The position numbers and the translations under genes were made by a program. Shown here piece by piece: positions 30,944 through 40,301 of a stretch of 64,000 bases of DNA; within the stretch, counting starts at the first letter, position 1, and each line of letters opens with the position of its first letter. The notes under the pieces were generated by a model. It was not told the DNA's origin. It did no database searches and saw nothing but the letters and a program-made list of their open reading frames with translations. This DNA comes from an uncultured SAR86 cluster bacterium. Lineage in GTDB: Bacteria > Pseudomonadota > Gammaproteobacteria > Magnimaribacterales > AG-339-G14. The stretch covers positions 104,696-168,695 of the forward strand of contig CACJNS010000001.1 of the NCBI GenBank assembly GCA_902594855.1. The letters run 5' to 3'.

Positions 30944-31868
30944 TTAAAATAAACTTTATTGCTCTTTGAATAGCTTCTTGAGAAGAATATTTATTACTCC
31001 AACCCATTTTTCTTATTTTATCTGAAGAAAATCTTACAATAGGAACATCTCCTACCCATCCAAATGAATCCTCGCCATAGTTAATTTTAACATCAGACAA
31101 ATTCATCTCCTTTATGACTTCTTTAGCAATATATCTAACATCTATATAATCTTGCGTAGAAATATTGTAGACGTCGATGTTGGTAACTTGTTTCTTTATT
31201 GCTAACTCAATTCCATTAAATATGTCTTCAACATCAATATAAGATTTACTTTGCATTCCATTTCCCAGAACTTCTAAAGTTTTAGGCTGAATCTTAAGTT
31301 TATTAACAAAATCATAAGCTACTCCATGTGTTTGTCTCATACCAACTACATTTGCAAATCTAAAAATGAAAGCTTTAAAACCACTCATTCCACAAAAGCT
31401 GGAAATCATAGCTTCTGCAGCAAGTTTTGATGCTCCGTAATAAGAGACCGGCAACAAAGGACCAAAATCTTCACTTAGTATAGTTTCTTTTTGATCTCCG
31501 TAAACTCCGCTACCAGATGAGAAAACAATTTGATTTACTGATGCTTTTTTCATTGCATTAAGAACTTTTTGAGTGCCTCTAACTGTAATATCAAAGTCAA
31601 TGTTTGGATTATTTACTCCTTCAGAGATTTTAGAGTTCGCTGCAAAATGATAAACAATATCGATATTCATAAAATACTCATCGATATCTGAAGAAACAAT
31701 ATCTACGTTATGTATTTTAATATTTGGTTTTGTTAAAAGAATATCCTCACCAGAAAGAGAAAATCCTGTCTTATTATCAAGAATTATTATTTGTTCTGCA
31801 GAATTTGATAGTTTTTCTGCAAAATAAGATCCTATAAAACCTAATCCCCCTGTAATTAAAATTCTCAT
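30927..31868 (-). CDS. NAD-dependent nucleotide-sugar epimerase/dehydratase
   Basis: MRILITGGLGFIGS and YGASKLAAE (YxxxK). Confidence 0.8.
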   Translation of the reverse strand: MRILITGGLGFIGSYFAEKLSNSAEQIIILDNKTGFSLSGEDILLTKPNIKIHNVDIVSSDIDEYFMNIDIVYHFAANSKISEGVNNPNIDFDITVRGTQKVLNAMKKASVNQIVFSSGSGVYGDQKETILSEDFGPLLPVSYYGASKLAAEAMISSFCGMSGFKAFIFRFANVVGMRQTHGVAYDFVNKLKIQPKTLEVLGNGMQSKSYIDVEDIFNGIELAIKKQVTNIDVYNISTQDYIDVRYIAKEVIKEMNLSDVKINYGEDSFGWVGDVPIVRFSSDKIRKMGWSNKYSSQEAIQRAIKFILSDDNS

Positions 31869-32845
31869 AATTTAGAGTAGATATTTTCAACAAGTTCCAT
31901 TACTTTTATTCCGTCTCTCAAGTTTGAATTAATCAATAATTCAGGTTTCAAGCAGAATTCTTTTGTCTCTTGCATAAAAGATTCATCTTTATTTCCAAAA
32001 TTTTTGTCCTCGGGCACTGAATCTTGATTTAACCAAAACCACCTGGGAGTACTTTTAAATGAAAAATCTCCATAATTTCCACCTCTGCCAGATAATAGAA
32101 CTTCATTAGACTTACCATGAACCTTTATTTCAAAATTATTTTGCCAGCTAAAAAGGTTTAATTCGAAATTAAAAATAATTTTCTTTTCTTTGTCTTCAAG
32201 AATTAAAAGAGCGTAATCCTCAACATCACAATTTTCCCAAAACATGCTTCTCATACTGGTATTTACAATTTCGACATTTGGATCAAACAAATAAAACATT
32301 AAATCAAAAAGGTGCACGCCTGGATCAATTATTACTCCGCCTCCTGCCTTTGACTTTTTGAGTTTCCACTCTTTTTCCATGCCAGGCCTTCCTCCATGAG
32401 ATAAAGAAAAATTTACTGACATAATATTTTCTAAATGACCTCCAGCTATAAATTTTTTTAATTCTTGAATATGACTGTAATGCCTATAATTAAATCCTGA
32501 GGATATTTTAAAATTCTTTTCTTTAACAATTTTTTCAATCTCTTTTGCTTCAGAGAAATTAAGTCCCAATGGCTTTTCAATCAGAATATGCATTCCCGAT
32601 GAGATTTCTTTTAAATAGTTTTTTACTAAAAAGTGAGGAACAGCTAAAAATACATGAGAAATGCTATGTTTCATTGAAAGAGGAACTTCATTAATATTTT
32701 CAAAAACACTATATTTTTTATATAAAGAATCCTTGGGGTTTATATCTGGATCAACAATAAAAGAAATATCTAATTTCAGTTTCTCTACTGCATCTAATCT
32801 TTTTTGGCCAATCAAGCCCATGCCTATAAATGCACAATTGATCAA
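31865..32845 (-). CDS. Gfo/Idh/MocA-family oxidoreductase
   Basis: N-terminus AFIGMGLIGQKR and the EKPL motif (ILIEKPLG). Confidence 0.75.
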   Translation of the reverse strand: MINCAFIGMGLIGQKRLDAVEKLKLDISFIVDPDINPKDSLYKKYSVFENINEVPLSMKHSISHVFLAVPHFLVKNYLKEISSGMHILIEKPLGLNFSEAKEIEKIVKEKNFKISSGFNYRHYSHIQELKKFIAGGHLENIMSVNFSLSHGGRPGMEKEWKLKKSKAGGGVIIDPGVHLFDLMFYLFDPNVEIVNTSMRSMFWENCDVEDYALLILEDKEKKIIFNFELNLFSWQNNFEIKVHGKSNEVLLSGRGGNYGDFSFKSTPRWFWLNQDSVPEDKNFGNKDESFMQETKEFCLKPELLINSNLRDGIKVMELVENIYSKL

Positions 32846-33621
32846 TCTTCAATTCTCCTCAAGGTAAATAAATCATCATTAATATTAAAATCGATATTTA
32901 CATAATCATCTCTGCTATGTATGAATTTTCCATTAATTTTGTTATTTTCATTAAAAATTAAAAAATTTACTAAATTTACGGGCTCTTCAATATTTACTTT
33001 AGTTTTGACGTAACCCCCTTTTTTTATAAGTTCTTTTAACATATCAGTTTCAACTGCACCGGGCGCAATTACATTAGCAAAAATATTATCGTATCCTCCT
33101 TCCTCAAGTTCTTTGGCAATATTCTCTGTCATCCTTACAACAGCAACTTTAGAAAGTGAATAAGGCATGAATTCTGGGTAAGGATAAGCAGCTCCTCCAC
33201 CAGCAAAATTTATAATTCTTCCAAAATTGTTCTTTTTCATATCTTCGAGCAAACATGAGATTATTTTTAAAGAAGATAGGAAATTTATATTAAAGACCTT
33301 ATCGTAGTCTTTATAATCTAAGCTTGAAAAATTTCCGTGCTCGCCAAGAATGCCAGCGGCATTTATTATGACATTAGGCTTCTCATCAAGTTCATTTAAG
33401 ATTTTGCAAAATTCATTCACAATTTTTCTATTGGATAAATCAACTTTATGATGAACTATTTTATTATTATTCTTATTTAGATCTCTAGATACTCTATTTA
33501 TCTCATTGGAGGAACCAAGAATATGAATAACAGAAATTTTGTCATCTTTTGATAGCCTTTTAGCGATTTCAAGACCTATTCCTTTTGAACCTCCTGTTAT
33601 AAGTACTTTGTAAGTAGACAT
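32842..33621 (-). CDS. SDR-family oxidoreductase
   Basis: ITGGSKGIG, NAAG, and YSLSKVA. Confidence 0.8.
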   Translation of the reverse strand: MSTYKVLITGGSKGIGLEIAKRLSKDDKISVIHILGSSNEINRVSRDLNKNNNKIVHHKVDLSNRKIVNEFCKILNELDEKPNVIINAAGILGEHGNFSSLDYKDYDKVFNINFLSSLKIISCLLEDMKKNNFGRIINFAGGGAAYPYPEFMPYSLSKVAVVRMTENIAKELEEGGYDNIFANVIAPGAVETDMLKELIKKGGYVKTKVNIEEPVNLVNFLIFNENNKINGKFIHSRDDYVNIDFNINDDLFTLRRIED

Positions 33622-33836
33622 CTATGTTTTAAAAAAAATTTTCGTTTAGTTATTTTGGGAAAATTGAGGAAGAAGTAATATTTTTTAGGTTTTTTTATTC
33701 TCTTATGTTTAAATCAAAAAATACCTTAATTTAATTAGTATTTAATTCACAATTTAATAATTTTTCAATTTTAGGCCTTAAGCTCATGATTAAGTTTAAT
33801 TATATATTAATGAATTAGGTTTTCTAAATTGATGAC

Positions 33837-35081
33837 ATGAGTAAAGAGAAATTTTTTGGATGGAGGATGGTTTTTACTGGTCTCACTGTTGAGTTTACTG
33901 TCATAGGATTCCTTTTTTATAGCTTCCCAGTAATTTGGCCTTACCTTATATCAGAGCTTGGCATGACTGAAAGTCAGCTAGGAATGGTTTCTGCTTTCTA
34001 CTTTATGCCTGTAGCAATTTTAGCAATAGTTATCGGCCGAGCTCTTGATAAGTATTCAGTTAAAAATTTTATGCTGATTGGAGCTGTCATTTATGCCATA
34101 GGACTTTTCTCTCTAAGTTTCATAAATTCTTATTGGTCGCTACTGACGATTTATCTTACTATTCTCGCTTTAGGTTCTATCATGATGGGAAATTTAGCAG
34201 TAGCTAAATTGATCTCGAATTGGTTTGATAAAAATGCTGGCAGAGCTCTAGGAATAGCTGCAGTTGGTATTTCTTTCTCAGGCGTTGTGCTTCCTTTAGT
34301 TGTTGATCCTCTTCTTGACTTGGTAGGCTGGAGAAATGTTTACGTGATCTTTGCCTCAGTAATTCTATTCATTATTTTACCTCTTATCTTTTTTACTGTG
34401 ATTGATGATCCAAAGAGCGTTAATCAATTCAAGGATGGAAATAAAAAAGATAATGAAGAAGAATCCTTACCTCAAGAGATGACTGCGAAAGATTTATTAT
34501 CCAAAAAAGTTTTTTGGATAATTTCATTAGCTTTTGCTTTCCAATTTCTCTCCATGATGGGTGTGCTTTCTTTTTTACCTATTCATGCAAGCAAGATGGG
34601 ATTGGATGAAACTTGGAATTTTTGGGGCCTACCTGTCAAACAATATGTTTTTGCTTATGCATTGTCTGCTTTTGGCGGAGTTTTGGGGAAAATTTTATTT
34701 GGATATCTCATGGATTTGATGAAGGCATCATATCCCTCAATGATGGCAATGTTTCTCCAAGCAATTGGAATCTTTGGGATTACTTATTTCAATGAACCAA
34801 GCATATTTCTTTTAAGTGCGTTCATCTTTGGTCTGGGTTTTGGTGCTGCGATGCCTCTTATGACTGCATGTTACTTGAGAATTTTTGGAGCTCATAATCT
34901 TGGCACAGCTAGAGGTATTTCGTCTCCGATAGTTTCCCCCCTTCAACCTATTGGAATTTTGATTACAAGCATCTTGATAGGTTTCCAAGATACTTATTTT
35001 ATGGCCTTTAATATTATGGGCTGTGTTGCATTAATTGCAGTCGTTTTAGCCAGTCAAATTCAAGAACCCGAAAAAATCTGA
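33837..35081 (+). CDS. MFS transporter (oxalate/formate-antiporter-like)
   Basis: About 12 hydrophobic segments with a central hydrophilic loop. N-terminus WRMVFTGLTVEF. Confidence 0.8.
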   Translation: MSKEKFFGWRMVFTGLTVEFTVIGFLFYSFPVIWPYLISELGMTESQLGMVSAFYFMPVAILAIVIGRALDKYSVKNFMLIGAVIYAIGLFSLSFINSYWSLLTIYLTILALGSIMMGNLAVAKLISNWFDKNAGRALGIAAVGISFSGVVLPLVVDPLLDLVGWRNVYVIFASVILFIILPLIFFTVIDDPKSVNQFKDGNKKDNEEESLPQEMTAKDLLSKKVFWIISLAFAFQFLSMMGVLSFLPIHASKMGLDETWNFWGLPVKQYVFAYALSAFGGVLGKILFGYLMDLMKASYPSMMAMFLQAIGIFGITYFNEPSIFLLSAFIFGLGFGAAMPLMTACYLRIFGAHNLGTARGISSPIVSPLQPIGILITSILIGFQDTYFMAFNIMGCVALIAVVLASQIQEPEKI

Positions 35082-35410
35082 TCCGTCTTTGCAGCGGCTA
35101 TAAAATCATTTTTGTGAAGACCTTTGATCTTATGTGACCACCAAGTTACGGTGACTTTTCCCCATTCAATAAGAATTTCTGGATGATGATCTTCCTGTTC
35201 CGCCAAATCTGTAATTTTATTTGCAAAACTCACGCCTTCTTTGTAGCTAGAGAAGGCAAATGAGCAAATGAGCTTTCTCAATTGATTAATTTCAATAATT
35301 TCCCAAGAGGGAACTAGAGGCTTGAGTTCTTTAATTTCCTCTTCAGTAACTTTTGGAGCATCGGCCCTACATGCTTCACAATTTGATTCTAAAAGGGAGT
35401 CAACTTTCAT
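35060..35410 (-). CDS. Pterin-4a-carbinolamine dehydratase (PCD/COG2154)
   Basis: EDHHPEILIEWGKVTVTWWSH is the hallmark motif. Confidence 0.8.
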   Translation of the reverse strand: MKVDSLLESNCEACRADAPKVTEEEIKELKPLVPSWEIIEINQLRKLICSFAFSSYKEGVSFANKITDLAEQEDHHPEILIEWGKVTVTWWSHKIKGLHKNDFIAAAKTDQIFSGS

Positions 35411-36810
35411 TGGATCCCACCCTTTGCCAGCTTAGCCGGATCTAATAATTTCTTTAATCTTTCCAAGGAAAGATTTGTCTCTTGAGCGGCAACATCAATG
35501 ATCGGTCGATTCTCTTTATAGGCTTTTTTAGCAATTTCTGCGGCTTTTTTGTAACCAATAATTGGATTGAGGGCTGTTACAAGTATTGGATTTTTTGCTA
35601 AGGATGATTCCAAATTCTTCTCATTCACCTTGAAGGTTTTAATTGCTTTGTTTGCAAGAACATCACAAGCGCCTGAAAGTAAATTTATGCTTTTAAGCAA
35701 GTTATATGCTATAACGGGAAGCATCACATTTAACTGATAATTACTTGCTTGTGCTGCAACGGTAATGCTTACATCATTTCCTATGACGTCAGCAGAGACC
35801 ATAGCTACAGCTTCTGGAATGACTGGATTTACCTTCCCAGGCATAATACTGCTTCCTGGCTGCAAAGCCTGAAGTTCTATCTCTGATAATCCTGCTAAAG
35901 GTCCGCTATTCATCCATCGTAAATCATTTGAAATCTTCATTAAGGCAACAGCTAGGTTTTTTAGTTCACCGGATAATTGCACAGCAGTATCTTGAGAACT
36001 TAACTCATGAAAAAAATTATCGCTTGCAACACTTTTATATCTGTTTCCTGATAAATTGGAAATTTCTTGAGCAAAGACTTTCGCAAATCTTTTGTGAGCA
36101 TTAATACCTGTTCCAACTGCTGTTCCACCTTGAGGTAGCTCCAAAAGCCTCCCCTCAATAAATTTAAGAGCTTTCAAAGAAGTTTTTAATTGACTAGACC
36201 ACGCAGATAATTCATCCGCTAAATCTACTGGCATTGCATCCATAAGATGAGTTCTTCCTGTTTTTATTATCCCTTTGACAGAGACTGCTTTTTTATCAAT
36301 TGTATTGATAAGGTTTTCTAGATTGGGATAAAGCTTTTTAGTTAAATCCGTGTGTGAACTAATTTTTATGGCAGTTGGTATCACATCATTGCTACTTTGA
36401 GACATATTAACGTCATCATTAGGGCTGACTTCTTCACCAGAGAAAGCTGATGCTAAATTAGCTATAACCTCGTTTGCATTCATATTCGAACTGGTTCCAG
36501 ATCCTGTTTGAAATACATCTATAGGGAACTCCTCATGATGTTTTTCTTGCCATACCTCTTTAGAAGCTTTGGATATTGCTCTGGCCTTTTTATTGGAAAG
36601 AAGCTTCAATTTATTATTAGCTCTAGCTGCAGCATCTTTAATTATTCCTAAGGAGCTAACGAAAGATTTTGTAAAAGGAAAATCCATTTTAATGCCACTT
36701 ATAGGAAAATTGTTTATGGCTCTTTGAGTTTGTGCGCCGTATAAAGCTTTTCGAGGAACGTAAACTATTCCAATGCTATCTGATTCTTCTCTGTAACCTT
36801 TTTTTGCCAT
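35407..36810 (-). CDS. fumC: Class II fumarate hydratase (fumarase/aspartase superfamily)
   Basis: The GSSIMPGKVNP signature. QTGSGTSSNMNANEV is closer to FumC than to AspA, though aspartase is not excluded. Confidence 0.7.
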   Translation of the reverse strand: MAKKGYREESDSIGIVYVPRKALYGAQTQRAINNFPISGIKMDFPFTKSFVSSLGIIKDAAARANNKLKLLSNKKARAISKASKEVWQEKHHEEFPIDVFQTGSGTSSNMNANEVIANLASAFSGEEVSPNDDVNMSQSSNDVIPTAIKISSHTDLTKKLYPNLENLINTIDKKAVSVKGIIKTGRTHLMDAMPVDLADELSAWSSQLKTSLKALKFIEGRLLELPQGGTAVGTGINAHKRFAKVFAQEISNLSGNRYKSVASDNFFHELSSQDTAVQLSGELKNLAVALMKISNDLRWMNSGPLAGLSEIELQALQPGSSIMPGKVNPVIPEAVAMVSADVIGNDVSITVAAQASNYQLNVMLPVIAYNLLKSINLLSGACDVLANKAIKTFKVNEKNLESSLAKNPILVTALNPIIGYKKAAEIAKKAYKENRPIIDVAAQETNLSLERLKKLLDPAKLAKGGIQ

Positions 36811-36887
36811 AGAACTTATGTATATTTTATTGATTAGTTTAAACTAGTAAAATTGTAATATGGAAATTAAGAAGGTAGGAGAAATAT

Positions 36888-37694
36888 ATGACAAATAACC
36901 TTAATATTGATGTCTCTAAGGGAAAATTAGATCAAAAAGAAAAAGGTTCTTTACTTCCAATAGAATGCAATACCATTGAAGAAACAAGAAGATATAACCT
37001 AGAAAGATTAGCCTCAGGTTTTAGAATGTTCGCTCATTTTGGTTTTGATGAAGGTATCGCTGGTCACATTACATACAGAGACCCTGAACATGAAGATCAT
37101 TTTTGGGTGAATCCATTTGGAATGCATTTCAATCAAATTTGTGTCTCGGATTTAATACTCGTAAACAAAGACGGTGAAGTAGTGCTAGGAGATAAGCCAG
37201 TAAATACGGCTGCATTTGCAATTCATTCATCTCTTCATGATGCTAGACCAGATGTAAATGCTGCAGCTCACTCTCATTCTATGTACGGTAAAACTTTTTC
37301 AACTTTTGGAAGGCTTCTTGAGCCAATAACTCAAGATTCATGTGCTTTTTTCGATAATCACGTTCTATTCGATGATTACACAGGTGTAGTTTTAGAAGGA
37401 GATGAAGGAAAGAGAATTGCTGCAGCTTTGGGCGATAAAAAGGCTGCTATTCTGAAAAATCATGGTCTTTTAACTACCGGCGGGACAGTGGATGAAGCAC
37501 TTTGGGCTTTCTTATCAATGGATAGATGCTGTCAATCTCAAATCTTGGCAGAGTCTGTTGGACAGATGGAGAGAATTCCAGACGATGTAGCTATGTTAAC
37601 AAAATCGCAAGTTGGGTCTGATATGGCAATGTGGGCAAGTTATCAGCCCTTATACGATTTAATGCTTGAAAAAGATCCAAGCTTTCTAAATTAA
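36888..37694 (+). CDS. Class II aldolase/adducin-family protein
   Basis: AAHSHSMYGKTFS and LKNHGLLTTG motifs. Confidence 0.8.
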   Translation: MTNNLNIDVSKGKLDQKEKGSLLPIECNTIEETRRYNLERLASGFRMFAHFGFDEGIAGHITYRDPEHEDHFWVNPFGMHFNQICVSDLILVNKDGEVVLGDKPVNTAAFAIHSSLHDARPDVNAAAHSHSMYGKTFSTFGRLLEPITQDSCAFFDNHVLFDDYTGVVLEGDEGKRIAAALGDKKAAILKNHGLLTTGGTVDEALWAFLSMDRCCQSQILAESVGQMERIPDDVAMLTKSQVGSDMAMWASYQPLYDLMLEKDPSFLN

Positions 37695-37697
37695 GAT

Positions 37698-39080
37698 ATG
37701 TTTCTAATTTACCTTCTTGGGGTAGTACTTTTTTTTTCCTTCCTCACAAATTTTGCGTTCAGGAAAATTTTTAAATCTCTAAGCTGGGTAGATAAACCTG
37801 ACGGAGTAAAGAAACTTCATAAAAATGATATTCCTCTTTCCGGCGGTATATCTTTTATCGCATCATTAATTTTTGCAGTACTAATTTTTAATTTCTTTGC
37901 AGGAGTTAATTTCAATTTATCCTGGAATGGATTTTTTGTTGATGACTCTCTTAAACAAGATAATTTTTTAAATCAAAATCTTGATAATAAAGTTGATCTT
38001 ATTGGTAATGACTCTTTTGAGATCGATGTTATTAATATTGATGAAAATTCTCAAGCTGTAGTGGTCATCAATAAGAAAACCTTTGAAACTGAGTTGATGG
38101 AAGTTTATAAGGATGAATCTGGTTCCTTCAATGTAAAAGGTAATGGTTTCGAGGCCATGTCAAATTATGTCCAAGATACACTATTACCTCCAAAAGTTAC
38201 TGTAAACATCAATGGTAACGAATCAACTTATTATCAAAAAATTAATGTTAATGTTCCTCCCTTTTTTATCTGGATGCTAATAACAGGAATTTTTCTTGCT
38301 CTCATTACTCTAATTGATGATTTATGGGGATTAAGCGTTCCAACAAGATTTGTATCTCAAGCTCTTGCTAGTTTAATCCTTATCACTCAGTCTGGTTTAT
38401 ATATAGATAATCTGGGAAATTTATTTGGTTTAGGTTCTATTGAACTCAATCCAGCTCTAGGAGTTTTATTCACAATTTTTTGCGTAATAGGAATCCTGAA
38501 TGCTTTTAATTGGATTGATGGTTTTAATGGAGGTTTGACCAGCCAATTTCTGGTAGGTGTCACTGCTCCTTTAATTCTTCTATCAAAGAATAATTCCCTT
38601 TTCATTGAGCAAATTTATTTATTTCTTGTTATTTGTTTCCTTCCTTATGCACTTATGAATCTGAAAGTCATAGGCAAAAGATTTGTTATATTCATGGGAG
38701 ATCATGGTTCAATGTTTTGTGGATACATTGTAGCTTGGTGCTTAATATATTTTGCAATGGAAACTGAATATATGAACCCTATTACAGCGGTTTGGATAGT
38801 TGGTTTTGTTTTATTCAATGCTATATCAACAATAATTATTCGAATTGTGAATAAAAGATCTCCCTTAATATCTGATAGAAGTCATATTCATCATGCTCTT
38901 GATAGAATGGGGTTAAAAGGGCTCAGAGTTTCATTCGTTGTTTTAGTAATATCTTCTATGCTCGCACTAACCGGTGTAATGCTTGAATTAATTGGTGCAT
39001 CAGAGTTAGTTTCCATGCTCCTTTTAGTTTTTATAAGCTTAATATTTCTGAGGTATAGATTTAATTTAGAGAATTCCTAA
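37698..39080 (+). CDS. Polyprenyl-phosphate N-acetylhexosamine-1-phosphate transferase (WecA/MraY family) with a large loop insertion
   Basis: IDDLWGL, NAFNWIDGFNGG, FMGDHGSMFCG, and DRSHIHHAL. 460 aa against about 350 typical. Confidence 0.75.
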   Translation: MFLIYLLGVVLFFSFLTNFAFRKIFKSLSWVDKPDGVKKLHKNDIPLSGGISFIASLIFAVLIFNFFAGVNFNLSWNGFFVDDSLKQDNFLNQNLDNKVDLIGNDSFEIDVINIDENSQAVVVINKKTFETELMEVYKDESGSFNVKGNGFEAMSNYVQDTLLPPKVTVNINGNESTYYQKINVNVPPFFIWMLITGIFLALITLIDDLWGLSVPTRFVSQALASLILITQSGLYIDNLGNLFGLGSIELNPALGVLFTIFCVIGILNAFNWIDGFNGGLTSQFLVGVTAPLILLSKNNSLFIEQIYLFLVICFLPYALMNLKVIGKRFVIFMGDHGSMFCGYIVAWCLIYFAMETEYMNPITAVWIVGFVLFNAISTIIIRIVNKRSPLISDRSHIHHALDRMGLKGLRVSFVVLVISSMLALTGVMLELIGASELVSMLLLVFISLIFLRYRFNLENS

Positions 39081-39615
39081 AAATTTTTAAATATACATTT
39101 CCTCCTAAGGCACCAAGAATAGCTCCATAAATTGAACCAGCGAAAACCTGATAAGGAAAGTGTTTTACAAGATAGATTCTAGATATAGCAACAAGGCAAG
39201 AAATAAAAAGAAAAAATAGAGAATATCTATTAACTTTAAAAATAATTAATAAAAATAGTGAACCTGCAAAAAAATTGGCTGAATGATTTGAAGGCATCCC
39301 TGTTAGAGTTGCAGAACATTGATTCAAAAGTTGACCTTTACTATCTAAAAGATATGAATAATCAGAAAAACATGGCCTAAAATCTAAAAAATAACTTTTT
39401 AAAAGATTTGCGCTAAAGTCGGTAATTCCTAAAGTCAAAATCCAAGCTATAAAAACCCAAAACAATTTCTCTTGAGATTTATAGAAAAAATATGGGACAG
39501 CAAAAAAAGCCAAAAACAATCCAAACAAATTATTGCTTAGGATTTGCATTAAACCCTCTAAAAGGTTGTTTTGACCTCTAAGAGAGTTAAATAATTCTAG
39601 GAGATCAAAATCCAC
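39061..39615 (-). CDS. PAP2-family phosphatase (membrane)
   Basis: KSYFLDFRP, MPSNHS, and SRIYLVKHF approximate the three PAP2 motifs. Confidence 0.6.
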   Translation of the reverse strand: MDFDLLELFNSLRGQNNLLEGLMQILSNNLFGLFLAFFAVPYFFYKSQEKLFWVFIAWILTLGITDFSANLLKSYFLDFRPCFSDYSYLLDSKGQLLNQCSATLTGMPSNHSANFFAGSLFLLIIFKVNRYSLFFLFISCLVAISRIYLVKHFPYQVFAGSIYGAILGALGGNVYLKIFRNSLN

Positions 39616-39620
39616 AAGAT

Positions 39621-40220
39621 TTACTTTAGGATTTCCTCCTCGACTTGCCCTAACCTGTCTTTTCCAAAAAACATTTCATTGCCAACAAAGAAAGTTGGAA
39701 TCCCAAAAACTCCTCTTTCTACAGCTTCAGAAGTTTTATCCATTAAGGAGGATTTAATTTCAGGATCATTCATACCGTCCATTAGTAGTGATGAATCAAA
39801 GCCCCAATGATCATATTCAGCTTTGATAACCTCAGGGTCATCCATCTTCTTTTCTCTTTCCCACATGGATCTTGTAATTTTTTGTACGTAGTCCATAAGG
39901 AAACCCTCTTTTTCAGCTACAACAGCTGCCCTCATAATCTTTAGAGTAATCACTGGAAAATTTGGATTCATTTTAAAATCTGAAAGATTATGCTTGTTTA
40001 TGAATCTCTGCATTTCTACACCGTCATAATCAAGTTTATTTTTGATTCCTGCAAAAGCTATCATAGGAGGTTGATTATTAGTCAATTTAAAAATGCCTCC
40101 TAGTAAAGCCAATTTAATATTGAATTTAAAACCTAACTTATCCTCAAGCTCCTTACCAGCTATTAACGAAAGATAAGCATTTGGGCTAGCAAAATCAAAA
40201 TAAAAATCTACTTCCTTCAT
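39621..40220 (-). CDS. 2-hydroxychromene-2-carboxylate isomerase / DsbA-like thioredoxin-fold protein
   Basis: FYFDFASPNAY at the N-terminus and GVFGIPTFFV...FFGKDRL at the C-terminus. Confidence 0.75.
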   Translation of the reverse strand: MKEVDFYFDFASPNAYLSLIAGKELEDKLGFKFNIKLALLGGIFKLTNNQPPMIAFAGIKNKLDYDGVEMQRFINKHNLSDFKMNPNFPVITLKIMRAAVVAEKEGFLMDYVQKITRSMWEREKKMDDPEVIKAEYDHWGFDSSLLMDGMNDPEIKSSLMDKTSEAVERGVFGIPTFFVGNEMFFGKDRLGQVEEEILK

Positions 40221-40254
40221 AAAAACTCCTTTTTACTTATTATTCTTTCAATTC

Positions 40255-40282
40255 TTGCAGCTTGCAAGGGCAATGATAGAAT
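40255..40282 (+). promoter_or_regulatory. Candidate sigma70 promoter for the acyl-CoA dehydrogenase gene
   Basis: TTGCAG, a 16-nt spacer, then TAGAAT, ending about 20 nt before the ATG at 40302. The -35 sits inside the inverted repeat CTTGCA-gct-TGCAAG (40254-40268). Confidence 0.3.
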
Positions 40283-40301
40283 CTTTGTGAGGAGACAAAT
40301 T

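Noticed and set aside
36835-36846. A perfect 12-bp palindrome, TAGTTTAAACTA, in the fumC/aldolase divergent spacer
   Set aside because: It is almost entirely A/T. In DNA this AT-rich, my rough estimate is that dozens of such palindromes are expected by chance in 64 kb, so there is no basis to call it an operator.
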